Notes under the pieces: model-generated | What the model was told of the DNA's origin: nothing | Databases searched by the model: none | Seen by the model: the letters and a program-made list of their open reading frames with translations, nothing else | In this document: positions 38,458 through 52,110 of the stretch, one piece after another | Layout of the letters: the number at the start of each line of letters is the position of its first letter | Position numbering within the stretch: position 1 is the first letter of the stretch | Program-made: the position numbers and the translations under genes | Assembly (NCBI RefSeq): GCF_001194135.2 | Contig: NC_069006.1 | Location: forward strand, 25,409,096-25,473,031 | DNA from: Octopus bimaculoides | Lineage: Eukaryota | Direction of reading: 5' to 3' | DNA: 63,936 nt

Positions 38458-39155
38458 ATATATATAAACTTTAGTTTTTGAATGGTATTTACTTTATTGA
38501 AGCACACGAGAAAATTCAATCTCTAATATTCAACAAAATAAATCTGTAGATTTTATCTGGCTCCACCTCAGTAAATTTAAATACACCGGACAATCGTAAA
38601 CAAAGGTAACCGATCTAATTTCACCAGTGGACAAAAAAAAAAAAATACGGGGATCGGCCGGATTATAATTTCAGTGATTCTTAAGATCTCATCAGTAACT
38701 GCTAGAGATATATATTTTTTTTCTCCTTTATCAATTAACCAAGAGAGCGACTAAAGTATATTTCGCTCAGGTGTGATTATTGAGACGGTAGAAAGAGTAA
38801 ACGATTGCCAATAAAGTGAAATATATCAACAGCTTGTTGTAGTAGGATTTTTTTTCGTTAAGTATTTTAATCGGAAGTCAATGTTGTTACAGCCACCATC
38901 TTTGATTACAACAGCGCAACTGTCTAACGTCTTGGCTTCGTGGAATTCAAACGCTTTTGTTAAGTGTTTGTACTCGTTCATCCACAAGGCAGACTTCGTT
39001 CGTGACACAGACTTCGACGCTGGAGGCGGTTTATAGATTGTATTTATTCCTAGGTGTGTTTGGGGGTTGCTCGGCAACAACTATTTGTAAACTACCGTTG
39101 TAAAGGAGGAAAGAGGAAAATGTGAAGAGTAATGTGGTGTGAAAGAGAGACAGAG

Positions 39156-39198
<43 letters not shown>

Positions 39199-40474
39199 TC
39201 GAAAGTAACTATGAAAAGCAGTACAAATGTAAAAAAAAAAAAAAAACAAAGATTTGCAGACAAATACGAAGTCACGCAGGAAGTCGTATAGGCAGACAGT
39301 CAAACGGACAGACGGACACAAACATGTCTTCCAAATTTTTTTTTTATTATTTCAGCGTAGCCTTTAGGTAATTAGTTATCAACTTTCATTGTATTGAAAT
39401 ATTGTAATAACAGTTGTAAACCTAAATAGATAAAATAAATAAACAATAATAATAATAATAATATCGACAACAATAGAACAAAGTATTCGACGAAACCCGT
39501 ATATATATATATTTCCATGTAATGGCTTCCCGCTTCCTGTTGTGTGTTTTGTTAGAATGCCAAAACAGGCCATGGATGTTTGTATATATATGTGTGTGTA
39601 CGTGGAGGGAAACCATCGAGGCATTGGGTCGAATACATACATGTATGTACGAGTATAAGTGTATACGTATGTATATTCTTATATATATATATATATAAAT
39701 GTAGTGTGTGTGTGTGTGTTTGCAATATGGCTGACCTTTCACTCTTATTTGCTCGACCTTTCCCTCTGCTCCAGCAAAATAGTAACATGCAACAATAACT
39801 ATTTCTGAAGGCTTTTGATGTGGGCCAACGCTGGTTTGGTGAACAAGGCCGAGAGAAGGGGAAAAAAAGGGAGGAAATAAAAAGATAAGGAGAGAGAGAG
39901 AGCTATACACTTATTTCTCTTTATAAAGAGAGAGAGAGAGAGAGTATGTGAATGAATGAGTGGGTGAGAGTAGTCTTTGATGAATTCCGCCATTTAAGCA
40001 GTGTATCATTTAATGTGCCGATAAATAATAAATGCTGAAACGATAATAACCACTATTGGAATGTGATGATGTTTTCGTGTTATTTGAGGTTTTCCATTTT
40101 TTTTCTTTCTTTTCTCTCTCTCTCTCTCTCTCTTACCTTCTCTCTCTCCCTCTATTTTATTTTTGGTCTTTTCGTTATTTCCTCAATTTGCTTTTTTAGT
40201 TATGAATATATTTTTACTTATTTATTTTATACAAATGTTTGTGTGCGGAGTTGTAGAGCAGGAAAGGTTTCACTTAATGTTTTATTTTATTAATGCGATA
40301 TTACGTATGTTACGCACACACACACACGTGTGTGTGTGTGTGTGATTAAAAACACTTCAAAAGTTTCGAGTGGTTAATAGAAAAAAAAAAAGTAGGAATT
40401 CACCAAGAGCTGAATGATCAATAAGTGTTCAATCGCAGCCATTAATATTTCATTGATGATTTATACAAACATAC

Positions 40475-40515
<41 letters not shown>

Positions 40516-40669
40516 TTCTGTATGTATATACACGCGCGTGTGCGGCTGTGTACTTAGTTATTCTAGTAGCAAAGTCGTTCTACTGGGTTATTGAATCCAA
40601 TTTTGTACTGCTACAAATAATGGCTTCAAATTCCGGCACAAGGCCAGCAAGTTCGGTGAGATGGAGCAA

Positions 40670-40916
40670 AGTCGGTTTCGTTGGCATATAGGTTCCCCAC
40701 CTGGACAGGACGCCGGTCCATCTCAGGTGAGCTGCTAGATGCAGGAGGAAAGAGTGAGAGAAAGTTGTGTCAAAAGAGTCAGCAGAAGTTCACCATTGCC
40801 TTCTGCCAGAACCGCGTGGAGCTTAGGTGTTTCACTCATAAACACACACATCGCCCGGTCTGAGATTCGAACCCGCGATCCCTCGACCACTGCTCTAACC
40901 ACCAGGCCATGTGCAT
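40670..40916 (-). mobile_element. tRNA-derived SINE family F with V-domain-like 3' block
   Basis: Minus strand: gcacatggcctggtggttagag (A-box)…gggttcgaatc (B-box)…gatggaccggcgtcctgtccagg, resembling the V-SINE motif gatggactggcgacctgtccagg. A B-family tail abuts at 40630-40670. Confidence 0.7.
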
Positions 40917-42899
40917 CCATGAGTTCAATAATAATGGTTAATTTACTAAGTTCTTCATTATCTTCAAAATCAATTGAAAGAAAGGCAGGGTGATACAATT
41001 GTGATACGATAAAGGAAAGGCTAATAGGCAGATAACTAAACTGAGANNNNNNNNNNNNNNNNNNNNNNNNNNNNNNNNNNNNNNNNNNNNNNNNNNNNNN
41101 NNNNNNNNNNNNNNNNNNNNNNNNNNNNNNNNNNNNNNNNNNNNNNNNNNNNNNNNNNNNNNNNNNNNNNNNNNNNNNNNNNNNNNNNNNNNNNNNNNNN
41201 NNNNNNNNNNNNNNNNNNNNNNNNNNNNNNNNNNNNNNNNNNNNNNNNNNNNNNNNNNNNNNNNNNNNNNNNNNNNNNNNNNNNNNNNNNNNNNNNNNNN
41301 NNNNNNNNNNNNNNNNNNNNNNNNNNNNNNNNNNNNNNNNNNNNNNNNNNNNNNNNNNNNNNNNNNNNNNNNNNNNNNNNNNNNNNNNNNNNNNNNNNNN
41401 NNNNNNNNNNNNNNNNNNNNNNNNNNNNNNNNNNNNNNNNNNNNNNNNNNNNNNNNNNNNNNNNNNNNNNNNNNNNNNNNNNNNNNNNNNNNNNNNNNNN
41501 NNNNNNNNNNNNNNNNNNNNNNNNNNNNNNNNNNNNNNNNNNNNNNNNNNNNNNNNNNNNNNNNNNNNNNNNNNNNNNNNNNNNNNNNNNNNNNNNNNNN
41601 NNNNNNNNNNNNNNNNNNNNNNNNNTCTTTTCCTCTTTCCCCTATTTTGTTGCCAAAAATTTCCATAACTTCACCGTCTTTCACCTTTTTTTCCCCTGAA
41701 TTTTCTGGTTTTCATTTTTACCGAATTCTTATGTTTGAAGCATCGACATTAAAATTCTGAAAAGAGGGAGGTGGGGGGAAAATAATAAATAAATCCTTTT
41801 CTTGTCTTTCGTTCCTGATTTTTTTTTCTTTTACTTCACATTTTTATCCTGCAAATTTTTACCAAAATAATAATAATAATAAAAATAATGATGATGATGA
41901 TGATGATGATAATAATAATAATCAAAGAAATATATATTCAATAATTAATCATTAGCGACAGATGCAGTATAAATACCAAGTGGTAATCTTTATATCCAAC
42001 TTAACGTGGATGTCATGTTAGAACACCAAGTACTGCGTTGTGAGCTGTAAGAGATCCTCTCATATAAGTGCTTGATGCATAAAAGCGCACACATAGATCG
42101 TAGTGGATGAAATTTGTTTGTCACGGGGACCAGAATTCCTATATCATGTCATTTCGGTCTATTGGACTTCATCAGTGGAAAGCACCGATCACCGCATGCC
42201 AATCAAATCTTGCCGTCATGACGCATAGAATATCACACCTACTAAACTGTATTAGTTATGCGTAACCATCGCCCCCAAAGCGATGTCACCTCTTTTAGCG
42301 TACATTTATATATACATATATATGCATGTATGTATATATGTTAGGAGTGGATATTATATGTTCGATATTGCTTTTATATTAACTATTAATGCGTTGATAT
42401 GAGAAAGTAACACACACACACATCCCCTCTCTCTCTCTCTCTCTCTTTCTTTCTCTCTTTCTTTCTCTCTCTCACACGCATTTCGGAATTTATTCTAGTT
42501 TGGTGCAACTTTGTTAAAATTGATTTTATTTCTTAGTTTTGGTTTTTGAATCTAAATTCTTAGTCATTCTTTTGAACTCAATCAAAGACTGCACAGTCAC
42601 ACACGCATCTGCAATATTATACAAGCACATACATACAGACAGTAAGAAACACACATATACATACGAACAGAGGCAAACACGCACTCAAACACATGGACAC
42701 ACATATACATACACATATAGACGTATATATATATATATATATATGTATAATATTGCATGTGTGTGTGTATAAATATATGCGAGGCTAAGTCTGTAACATA
42801 TATTGCATAAATCTGTTCGTGTAGATTCGGTAAATTGCTGGGAGGATAAAGAAGGGGGGAACTCAAAATATGGAGGGGGAAAAATGAGAGGAAGATAAC

Positions 42900-43240
42900 G
42901 TATGTAAAAACAGACGGTCGGAAACGAAAAGAAGATTGAGAGAGAGAGAGAGACAAAGATATTGTGCGCGCGTGTGTGAGGGAGAGAGAACGAGAGAGAG
43001 ACAGAGAATATGTGGATGAGAGAGAGACAGAATGTGTGCGCGCGCGTATGAGACAGGGAGAAAGAGAGAACGTCCGAGAGAAAGAGATACAGAATGTGTG
43101 AAAGAGAAGAGAATGAGTGCATGTGGGTGCTTGCGGGAGAGAGAGAGAGAACGAGAGGGAGACAGAGAGAAAAACAAAGAGCAAGACGGAGAGAGTGTGT
43201 GCGTGAGTGTGCTGATGAAAGTGAGAGAGAGAGAGAGAGA
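42900..43240. repeat. (GA)n/(GT)n-rich tract
   Basis: Directly visible. Confidence 0.85.
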
Positions 43241-43413
43241 GTATGTGTTGATCCATGTATTAATTTTATAACCTTCAGATAACAGATCATCTCTCCTCCC
43301 CTTCTCTCTCTCTCGCTTTCTTTCTTTCTCCTCGTCTATTCCTTATAATTTACTCTTAATCAGGAATTTTATACATACATAATTATGTCAGTGCGGGGGT
43401 GTATATATTTATA

Positions 43414-43472
<59 letters not shown>

Positions 43473-43954
43473 ATATTTATATATATATATATATATCGGC
43501 TGATTAACTTCAAAAGAATAGTGACTAACGTTTCAAATTAACATTGATGAATGCAGCAGCAGTCGGGACCCGTTCACGCAGGAAACACGAGCTATGAAAA
43601 AAGGGCTCGCACGAAGGGTTGGTACACACATAGGTATAGAAAAGCAAATGGCAGAACGAGGATCTTACGCAACCCCCGCCCACTCTCTCTCTCTCTCTCT
43701 CTCTCACGCACACACACACACACTCACTCTCACACATACGTACACACGTACACGCATTAAAATTTGTTACATTTACTGAATGGATAAGTTTCGGTAATCT
43801 TTCGATATCAGTGGATGATGTCATTCACCCTCAGAACTTTCCCTCGTGACGTAGATGAAGTGGTTAGGCGAGGAAAAAGACGGTGAATGATGTTGTCTTC
43901 TCATAACCGACCCTCTGCAGACCAAATTTAACGATAATTTTTTTTCGTTGTAGT

Positions 43955-44090
43955 TATGTGGTAAGAAGTTTATTTCCCAATCACTTGGTCCCAGGTTCAG
44001 TCCTACTGCGTGGCACCTTGGGCAAGTGTCTTCTACTAGAGCCTTGGGCTGACTGAAACCTTTAGTAGAAGGAAACTAAAGGAAATCGTT
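43955..44090 (+). mobile_element. SINE family A, 5' half
   Basis: ggttcagtcctactgcgtggcaccttgggcaagtg. Confidence 0.85.
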
Positions 44091-44376
44091 CGTGTGTATG
44101 TGTATATATATATATAGAGAGAGAGAGGGGTGAGACTGAGATAGATATGGATATATATATATATATATATATANNNNNNNNNNNNNNNNNNNNNNNNNNN
44201 NNNNNNNNNNNNNNNNNNNNNNNNNNNNNNNNNNNNNNNNNNNNNNNNNNNNNNNNNNNNNNNNNNNNNNNNNNNNNNNNNNNNNNNNNNNNNNNNNNNN
44301 NNNNNNNNNNNNNNNNNNNNNNNNNNNNNNNNNNNNNNNNNNNNNNNNNNNNNNNNNNNNNNNNNNNNNNNNNNNN

Positions 44377-44431
<55 letters not shown>

Positions 44432-44454
44432 ATATTTATGTATATATTGTTTAG

Positions 44455-44822
44455 ATAAGAAGCTTGCTTCCCAACCACATAGTTCCGGGTTCAGTCCCAC
44501 TGAGTGGCACCTTGGGCAAGTGTCTTCTACTATAGCCCCAAGCTCACCAAACACTTGCAAGTGTATTTGGTAAACAGAAACTGAAAGAAGCCCATCATGT
44601 ATGTGTGTATATGTGTTGTGTAACGTGGTGTGTTTGTGTTTGTCGCCCACCACAGCTTGATAACCGGTGTTGGTGTGTTTATGTCCCCGAAAGCTAGCAG
44701 TTCAACAAAGGATACCGATAGAATAAATACTAGGTCCGATTCATTCAATTAAAAAATTCTTCAAGATGGTGCCCCAGCATGGCCTGCAATCTAACGACAG
44801 AAACAAGTACAAGATGAAAGCT
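44455..44822 (+). mobile_element. SINE family A, full length
   Basis: Head-to-tail consensus match. Confidence 0.9.
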
Positions 44823-45064
44823 AAACTATAAAAGATGCCACATATATCGTTAATAATTGACTGAGTTATTTAAGACTCTTGGAGAAAACTTTAAAGAGAT
44901 TTACCAAAATGATTAGAGAGAATTCAAACAGAGAATTCACTTTGTTCAGAGACAGCTTTTGTGCTTGTTTATGGCTAACACACTCTTTTGTCACCTGGGG
45001 ATCTCTCCATCCCCACCACATGAAACCACGAGAGACTTGTCTAAGAGTTTGATATTTATCTTTA

Positions 45065-45282
45065 ATCTTTAATCGTTTATCTTTTTATTTGTTTCAGTTT
45101 TTGGACTGCGGCCATGCTGGAGCACCGCCTTGAAGAATGTTTAGTCAAATGAATCAACCCTCTAGTATTCTTTAATTTTTCAAAACCCGCTACTTATTCT
45201 ATCGATCTCATTTTGCTCAACTGCTAAGTTACAAGGATGTAAACATTCCAGCACCGATTGTCAAGTGATGGTGGGGGACAGA
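45065..45282 (-). mobile_element. SINE family A, 3' half
   Basis: tgtttcagt…ccatgctggagcaccgcc…cttattctatcg. Confidence 0.85.
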
Positions 45283-45409
45283 CACCATCCATTAATGATC
45301 AAACCAGCCTGTGACATAGAGTTTTGGACTGTTCCATTGTCACAGAAAGGGGATTCCACCATTATGTCCCTCTGTCACACCGGTGTCTGTGATTGAACCA
45401 AATCCTATA

Positions 45410-45770
45410 CAGAATTAATTAAACATTTCCATTCCTTCCGGTGTGAGCACAAAACCCTTTGACAAGTTTCTCTGCCAGTTCCATCTTCATGTCTGACCTC
45501 AGTGGAATATTTACCATTCTTTCCTTCCATAATTGTTTGTTGGAAATGTCTACAGGAATGGTAGATTTTATGAAATTTTCTCAGTTCCAATCATCTCCGT
45601 GTTTATTGATATTCATATCAGGAACGGCCTTCATTAAGCATCTGGTTTTGGTTTTCCGTCATTGTTAGCAACATTCTTCCATCAGACATCAGATAAACCA
45701 ATTCCAGGCAATATGTTATAAAGATTATTGAAGTTAGTGGGTCTGAGACAATCAATAATGAACCAGCACT
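45410..45770 (-). mobile_element. Possible RTE LINE 3' relic
   Basis: Fragments MSDGRM, GR and TCQRVLCSH in the expected order; very decayed. Confidence 0.3.
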
Positions 45771-45809
45771 GGAATTGAGATGAATGGAAGGTAAAAATGA
45801 TTAAGTAGG

Positions 45810-46205
45810 CACAGACGTGGCTGTGGCGTCCTTTTCCAACCTAATGATTCCAGGTTCAGTCCCACTGCGTGATACCTTGGGCAAATGTCTTCTACTATAG
45901 CCTCAGGCCGACCAAAGCCATGGGAGTGGATTTGGTAGAAGGAAACTGAAAGAATGCATTTGTATATCTATCTATCTGTGTGTCTATCTGTCTATCTAGC
46001 TGTCTGTCTGTCCATCTGTCTCTGTCTCTCTCTCTCTAATGTATATATATATATACACATTAGAGAAAGAGAGGCACTTACATGTAAGTGTGTGTTTGTG
46101 TCCATGTTTGTCCCCCTACCACTGCTTGACAACCAGTGTTGGTGTGTTTATGTCCCCATAACATAGTGGCTCAGCAAAAGAGACTGGTAAAATAAGTACT
46201 GGGTT
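45810..46205 (+). mobile_element. SINE family A with internal (TCTA/TCTG) microsatellite
   Basis: Consensus head and body separated by a different simple repeat. A separate tail lies at 46894-46983. Confidence 0.85.
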
Positions 46206-47879
46206 TGATTCACATGGCTACATTCATATCACATAATTATATCATGTGATATTGCTACATTCACATCACATCACTGTATTCATGTCACATCACATGGTTA
46301 CGTTCACACCATGTGGCTACATTCACCTCACATTGCTACATTCACACCACATGACTATATTCACACCATATCACTACATTCACAACACACAAATACATCA
46401 CATCACTGAAAAAAAAACCTTCCCATTTCAAATGAACACACATGTATCCTACATGTGTATACAATAACAACAAGCTATAAAACGCTAGCCATATGAGATA
46501 TTTATTCATGGTTGACCCAGCCTCACCAATAAAACAATAATTTAATAACCATTGTCGCCTCTAATATAAACACACACAACACAATATATCAAAACAAGCC
46601 AGACACATTCAGAGCTATATTACAATAAGCCAGACATCTTTCAAACAATAAGTCTTGTAACATATTGCTCTCATCGTAAATCAGATTCCCACTCTAAAAC
46701 AATACTTCAATGTGAATGTCAGTATGTATTTGAGGAATGCAAAATATATTACACACACACACACACATACGTGTGTGTGTGTTTATCAAATTTTGATGAG
46801 TGCCAGTGCACGAAACTGTCAGTCCTTAAGTCACTCTGTTGCTTCTGCTAAATATTAATGAAAATAGACACACACTCATGTTTTGAGTTCTATTACTGGA
46901 TTCAATTCATTTGACTCCAAATTCTTCAAAGTGGTGCTCCAGCATGGTCGCAGCCTAATGACTGAAACAAGTAGACTGTAAAAAGGTAAAATGCAAATAT
47001 TCTGATTCGAAATGGCAGGAATTTTCATGGAAACAATGAAAACTAAGATGTAAACAGTTAGAATTTTCACTCGGTTTTTCTAACCTTTGTTACAAGGAGA
47101 ATATTTAATTTGCTAAATTTATTTATTCTAAATTGGATTTCATAAACAAAAGCAATTGTCTGGCTTCTACAGTTTATCAAATTTGTTCTACAAGATAATG
47201 GGATGCAGAGTGTACTGAAGAAATTATTCCAGAGAAATGCCCAAATTTCAAATTTCATAGACTCCCTGTTTTATCTAAAAGCAAGGATAAACATTAACAC
47301 AACATAAATTTTGGTAAAATAGGTAAGAACTTTTGCTTTTGTTTATTCGTTTATCTATTTATCTATTTATTTTTCTCCAATAATTTAATTGATCTGAATT
47401 GGTAAACAACTCTTTGAGTGGAAGAATCATGTGAATTCCCTAACAGGAATCAAATCACGTATATTTTACCGATTAAACAAGTATAAATGCAGAGGATGAA
47501 CATTTCTGCAATATAAATATTTATTAGCTTCACAAATCATTTAATACTTAGGAAATTGCTTAGGAAGCAAACGTAGTCAAAACCGAACTCTGATTTAACC
47601 ATTTTTAAAAATTTTCAATTCGTTTTTTTTTTTAAAGTTTTAAATGAATTTCTGTCGCCATTCTTCTTCCATAATAATCACATTCACATTGAGAATGGTT
47701 TTACAGGAATATTAACATGTTAACTGCCACATATATCGCTGGTAGCTCATCACAAACTTCACACAACCGCTATATGCAACCCCACCGGTGGCACACGTTC
47801 ATAATTTGAGAAAATATTTTATTCTGTATCTTTGAAAATGGTTTCAAGGATTTTTAAATAAACTTGAGTGCTAAATATC

Positions 47880-48007
47880 GGTTTCATATTTTAGCACAAG
47901 GCCAGCAGTTTGCGGGGAAGGGGTAAGTCGATTACATTGACCTGAGTGACCAACTGGTACTTGTATTATCAACCCCGAAATGATGAAAGGCAAAATTGAC
48001 CTCGGTG
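47880..48007 (-). mobile_element. SINE family B (partial)
   Basis: gcacaaggcc…caactggtactt…gatgaaaggcaaaattgacctcgg. Confidence 0.85.
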
Positions 48008-48009
48008 GT

Positions 48010-48243
48010 CATTATTTTCAAAATTAATTGAAATGAAGGCAGTGTAATTTCAACAGAAATATGGTAACAAAAGGGTTAAAGTGATCTAAACTAAAATCTT
48101 TCATAAAAATTTCATGCCAATTCATGTTCTAAACACCAGTTTAAAAACGACAAATTATTTTGCTAAATTCTTCATTATTTTCAAAATTAATTGGAACAAA
48201 GTCCATGTATTTCAGCAGAAATATAGTAACTTAAGGGTTAGAT
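48010..48243 (-). mobile_element. piggyBac-type MITE doublet
   Basis: Reverse complement of taaccctt…ttagatcactttaa|cccttttgttaccatatttc. Confidence 0.65.
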
Positions 48244-49895
48244 GTAAGGAAAGACTTGAAATTTTAAGGATACTTGAGTTTGAAAGGGTTAAGATATTGG
48301 TAACAGAGTTTTTAGTTAGAATAATTAACTATAATAGCCTATTTCACAGAACTGTTGACATGAATTTCAAAATTGGCTATGAAGTTTAAAAGACAAATAT
48401 GGATTTAAAAGGAAACAAAAGTGGAAGCATGTGTTGTTGTGTTGCCTTTTCTTTCTTTGGTAAGCAGACATTTTGGTTGAAGCTAAATAAAGCCAAAATT
48501 CTATGAACTAAATAACCAAATTTTTATTTTAAATTTGAAAATTTGCTCAAGTTAGTAAACTTAAATATCTGCTATGGCAAAACTAACAAACCAGCCGTAT
48601 TTCTAAATCTGTCATTTTAAACAAATTTACGGCACTTCCAGTGATTTTTATGAGCAAACAATGAGGAAATATCAAAAATTTATTTCTTCAAACTTGATGT
48701 GTTTGTCATTTTAATTGGGAATCGGTTATTTTTCAATGGAAACTAATAAATCAAGCAAGAATAAACATCACCAACAAGAAATTCACAAGTAATTGGAACA
48801 AAATGGCCAGGAACCATCGTTAAATTTACATTGCAAATTTCATTTGATTTCATGAGTTATTAGGAAAATTGTTTCGTTTTTTTCCAGACAGTTTAACTTC
48901 ATCATCCTCATCTTCATCTTCGTCGATTCTGGTTTGTTTCATTGATTTTTGATCAATAATGTTTCCTTGATTATCTTCAGGTGATTATTTTTTTACACAC
49001 ACACACACACACACATTGACATTATTGTCATCATTATAATCATCGTCATCATAATTAACATCATTATTTTCACTGTTGTCTTCGTCATCATCATCAAACA
49101 TCATCTCTATTATCAATCGTCATTCATCAGCATCATCACCATCCTCCTCCTCCTCCTCAACATCATCATCATTCGAAATGGCAGAGTCATCACTGATATA
49201 CATATATATACTCCTATATATATATACACACACACATAAACACATATACATATATATATATATACATGCACACACACGTGAGTCTGTATAAATATGTATG
49301 TATATAGTTTACTGTTTCTAACAAATTCCACCAGCTTATTGTAGAAGTTGCTACGTGGCTACTGTACCAGAATGGGTTTGAACCTGGATCCACATGCTTG
49401 AGAAACAAGCAATTCTTTTAACCAACTACTTATGCCTGAGGACATAAAAGAAATACAATAAAATCGGTAAGATGTGCGAGATGATTGAGTTGGCGTTTGG
49501 CCCAAAGCAGACTGTACAACATCAGTTCCCCACTAAAAGGTTATGGCCTGGTGCCAAAGTGAGAAATCAATAGATGTGCACTGGAATATATATATATATT
49601 GATACCTATCAAAAATGATTTGATATTAACCAGGCATTGATGCTATAAAACAGGGCAGGATTAAAAGACAAATTCTTTGGGCTAATTAACACTGGAAGCG
49701 CCAAACTAACATGCAAACAACATTAAAAGTTGGCATGTTGGAGTTTTATGACTTTGCAAGAATTTTCGGTATCAGGTATTGGTCAGTATTCTTTTTTTAT
49801 TTCTTCACTTGTTTTGGTCATGGCACCACAGCTATGCTGTGGCACTGTCTTGTAGTGTTTTGGGAAACAAATCTATTCAAGTGCTTTTTCTTTTT

Positions 49896-50110
49896 AACCC
49901 TTTAGCATCTTATCCTTTTGTTACCATATTCCTGTTGAGATGCTCTGGGTTTCTTTCAATTCATTCTAAATATAACAAAGAATTTAGTCAAATAACTTCA
50001 TTATCATTAAGCTAGTGTTAGGAACCTAAATTGTGACTAAGATTTGGTGGAAGATTTTAATTTGGTGGAAGATTTTAATTTGGTGGAAGATTTTAATTTA
50101 GTGGAAGATG
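49896..50110 (+). mobile_element. Related TTAA-CCC MITE ending in an 18-bp tandem array (tttggtggaagattttaa x3.7, 50043-50109)
   Basis: ttaacccttt start; cttttgttaccatatt shared with the 4943 copy. Confidence 0.55.
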
Positions 50111-50199
50111 ACAACAACGATGACAACAATGACGATGACAATGATGTTGATGAAACAAGACTAGGTGTGGCTGCTATGTCCCGTTAATGCCTCACTCGA

Positions 50200-50430
50200 T
50201 CAGACCTGGTGGGGCAAATAACCAACTTTAACAGATCAACATACTGACTTCTGGGCCCCACAGACATGACTCCTCCTTCAGCCTTTCCTGCCACTACTAT
50301 AATGGCTTTTGCTCCTCAGAGCTGGCCGGCCTCATCCCACCTTCACTCAAGTACTTACTCTCACTCATTGCTCCCACTCTTTCCAACCATGCTGTGTCTA
50401 AGATCTCAGTCATCACACTGACTCCAACAC
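50200..50430 (+). mobile_element. CR1/L2-group LINE 3' relic
   Basis: PHRHDSSFSLSCHYYNGFCSSELAGLIPP, cf. HRRxVSSLSLFYRYYNGxCSSELAxLIPP. Confidence 0.65.
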
Positions 50431-50589
50431 CCAATCCAGCAGCAGCAGCAACAACAACAACAGCAGCAGCAGCAACAATAACAACAACAGAGGCAGCAGC
50501 AGCAGCGACAACCACAGAACTGTGTCACAATCCTAAAACCTTTTTTTTTTGCTTCAAATTCCATTTTCGGTTTGTATAATTCTTGACAA

Positions 50590-50890
50590 CTTCCACCTGC
50601 ATGGAAACTTCAAGAGTCAACAGAGCAAGCTCTGTCTTTGACAGAATCGGAACCTGACATCTCTCAAGTTACAGATTTCCTCAGGCATTACCAATTCTTG
50701 ACGCCAACATGGTTTACACCATTAAACAAGCCAGGGTTTGTCTGCAAGTATAACATCATGCTTCGTGGTTTCATATCGTACCAGAATCTCCAAGAATATG
50801 GTCGTACTGATGAGTTCTTTGATAAGAAGCTGGTGATTCAGGAAAGGGAGGTGGGGGTGTCTTGACTCTGCTTAAGACAGTTTCTCTCAT
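50590..50890 (-). mobile_element. Probable RTE reverse-transcriptase relic
   Basis: In order: *AE (YADD position), QLLIKEL…TTK, then after a frameshift NGVNHVGVKNW*CLRKSVT…VKDR, cf. NGxxLExVxxFxYLG…RI. Confidence 0.4.
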
Positions 50891-50994
50891 ATTTCCTTTC
50901 ACTGTTCTACTCTCTACTCACACACACATGTATGTATGTATACATACACAGGAAAGGATGGTGAAAAGCTCCTGGCTTTGGGTAAAAGAAAATA

Positions 50995-51173
50995 CAGGAT
51001 GAGGATCTGTTAATTATGATTTCATTCAAAATATTCCCCTCCTCTCAGATTCACACACTTATCGCAGGGGTCCTTCAGTATTTCTAAGCCCTGTAAAAGA
51101 ACTCGGAAGGTTGGGCTGCCAACCAGGCCTTTCATGATACCCTTAAAGCCAGGAACTTTACAGTAACCCCTTG
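50995..51173 (+). mobile_element. Tc1/mariner-type MITE, copy 3
   Basis: ta|cagg…ccttg|ta; high identity to 9607-9786. Confidence 0.7.
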
Positions 51174-51366
51174 TATATATATATATATATATATACACAC
51201 ATGCATATAGTCGAATGATAGTTTAGCTGGTCGAAACTTCGAAGTTACTGTCAACAACAGTCTTGTATAAGAATAATATATTCGTACTCTACAAAAGTAT
51301 AGAGTAACCCATCAGATTGATGTAAGATTGTTTTTATTAAAATGGAACGTAAAAATGAACATTAAT

Positions 51367-51422
<56 letters not shown>

Positions 51423-51804
51423 ATATATATATATATATATCCACACGGGTATCTTTTTAATCTTTATATCATTCTTTTGAAATGTTCTTTTCTCTGCCAT
51501 TACCTCTCTTTTTCTCATTTTCTGTTCACTGCATCCTCTCTATCGCTTTCTCTCCCCTCTCCCTTATCATGTCTCTCTTTAGTTCTTTCTTTCATCCTCT
51601 CTGATATTCTCTCTCTCTCTCTTTCTCTTTACACTTACGCACAAACATACTCAGATATTCACACACAGAAATCAAACTCTAGCCATTTCATCAAATGAAC
51701 TAACAGAACTGTATTTGATTTCAAAATACTGAACAGAAGATAACCGATATCCTGTTCTAATGAGAGTAACAGAAGATAGAGATTTAGACAGACGCACACA
51801 CAGA

Positions 51805-51813
51805 TAGACAGAT

Positions 51814-51895
<82 letters not shown>

Positions 51896-51907
51896 CGAGA
51901 GAGAGAG
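51805..51907. repeat. Long (GA)n microsatellite
   Basis: Directly visible. Confidence 0.95.
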
Positions 51908-51909
51908 AT

Positions 51910-52110
51910 GAAGCTGAGAGATCTAACATCATGTGCTTATCAGACAGACTTGTCTAAGTCATGCAAGCATGAAGAGGGGAAAACATTAGAAAGGATAATT
52001 AAAGAGGATATAAAAAGAGAAGAGGAAAGCCAAAAGAACTGGAAGAGCTGGATTATGGCAGAGAAAATGGCAGGAGCCATACCGATTATTGCTTTCAAGA
52101 TGCTGTAGGC
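51910..52110 (+). mobile_element. RTE LINE 3' relic
   Basis: LERIIKEDI then, after a frameshift, KRRGKPK…W, cf. LEKxIMxGKIEGKRRRGRP…W. Confidence 0.4.

Noticed and set aside
38655-38700. CUGAUGA…GAAA-uuauaa-UC hammerhead-like string (minus)
   Set aside because: Stem I does not pair and stem II has extra bases.
39799-39993. aaATGGCG start / YY1-like motif and ORF MAEFIKDYSH…
   Set aside because: ORF runs straight into (CT)n with no donor; one short motif is insufficient for a promoter call.
50043-50109. Short direct-repeat array resembling CRISPR
   Set aside because: 18-bp units with no spacers, inside a MITE, in eukaryotic DNA with no cas genes.
51207-51251. Stem I plus palindromic stem III around GAAA (plus)
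   Set aside because: CUGANGA box mutated (cgaauga) and stem II unpaired.
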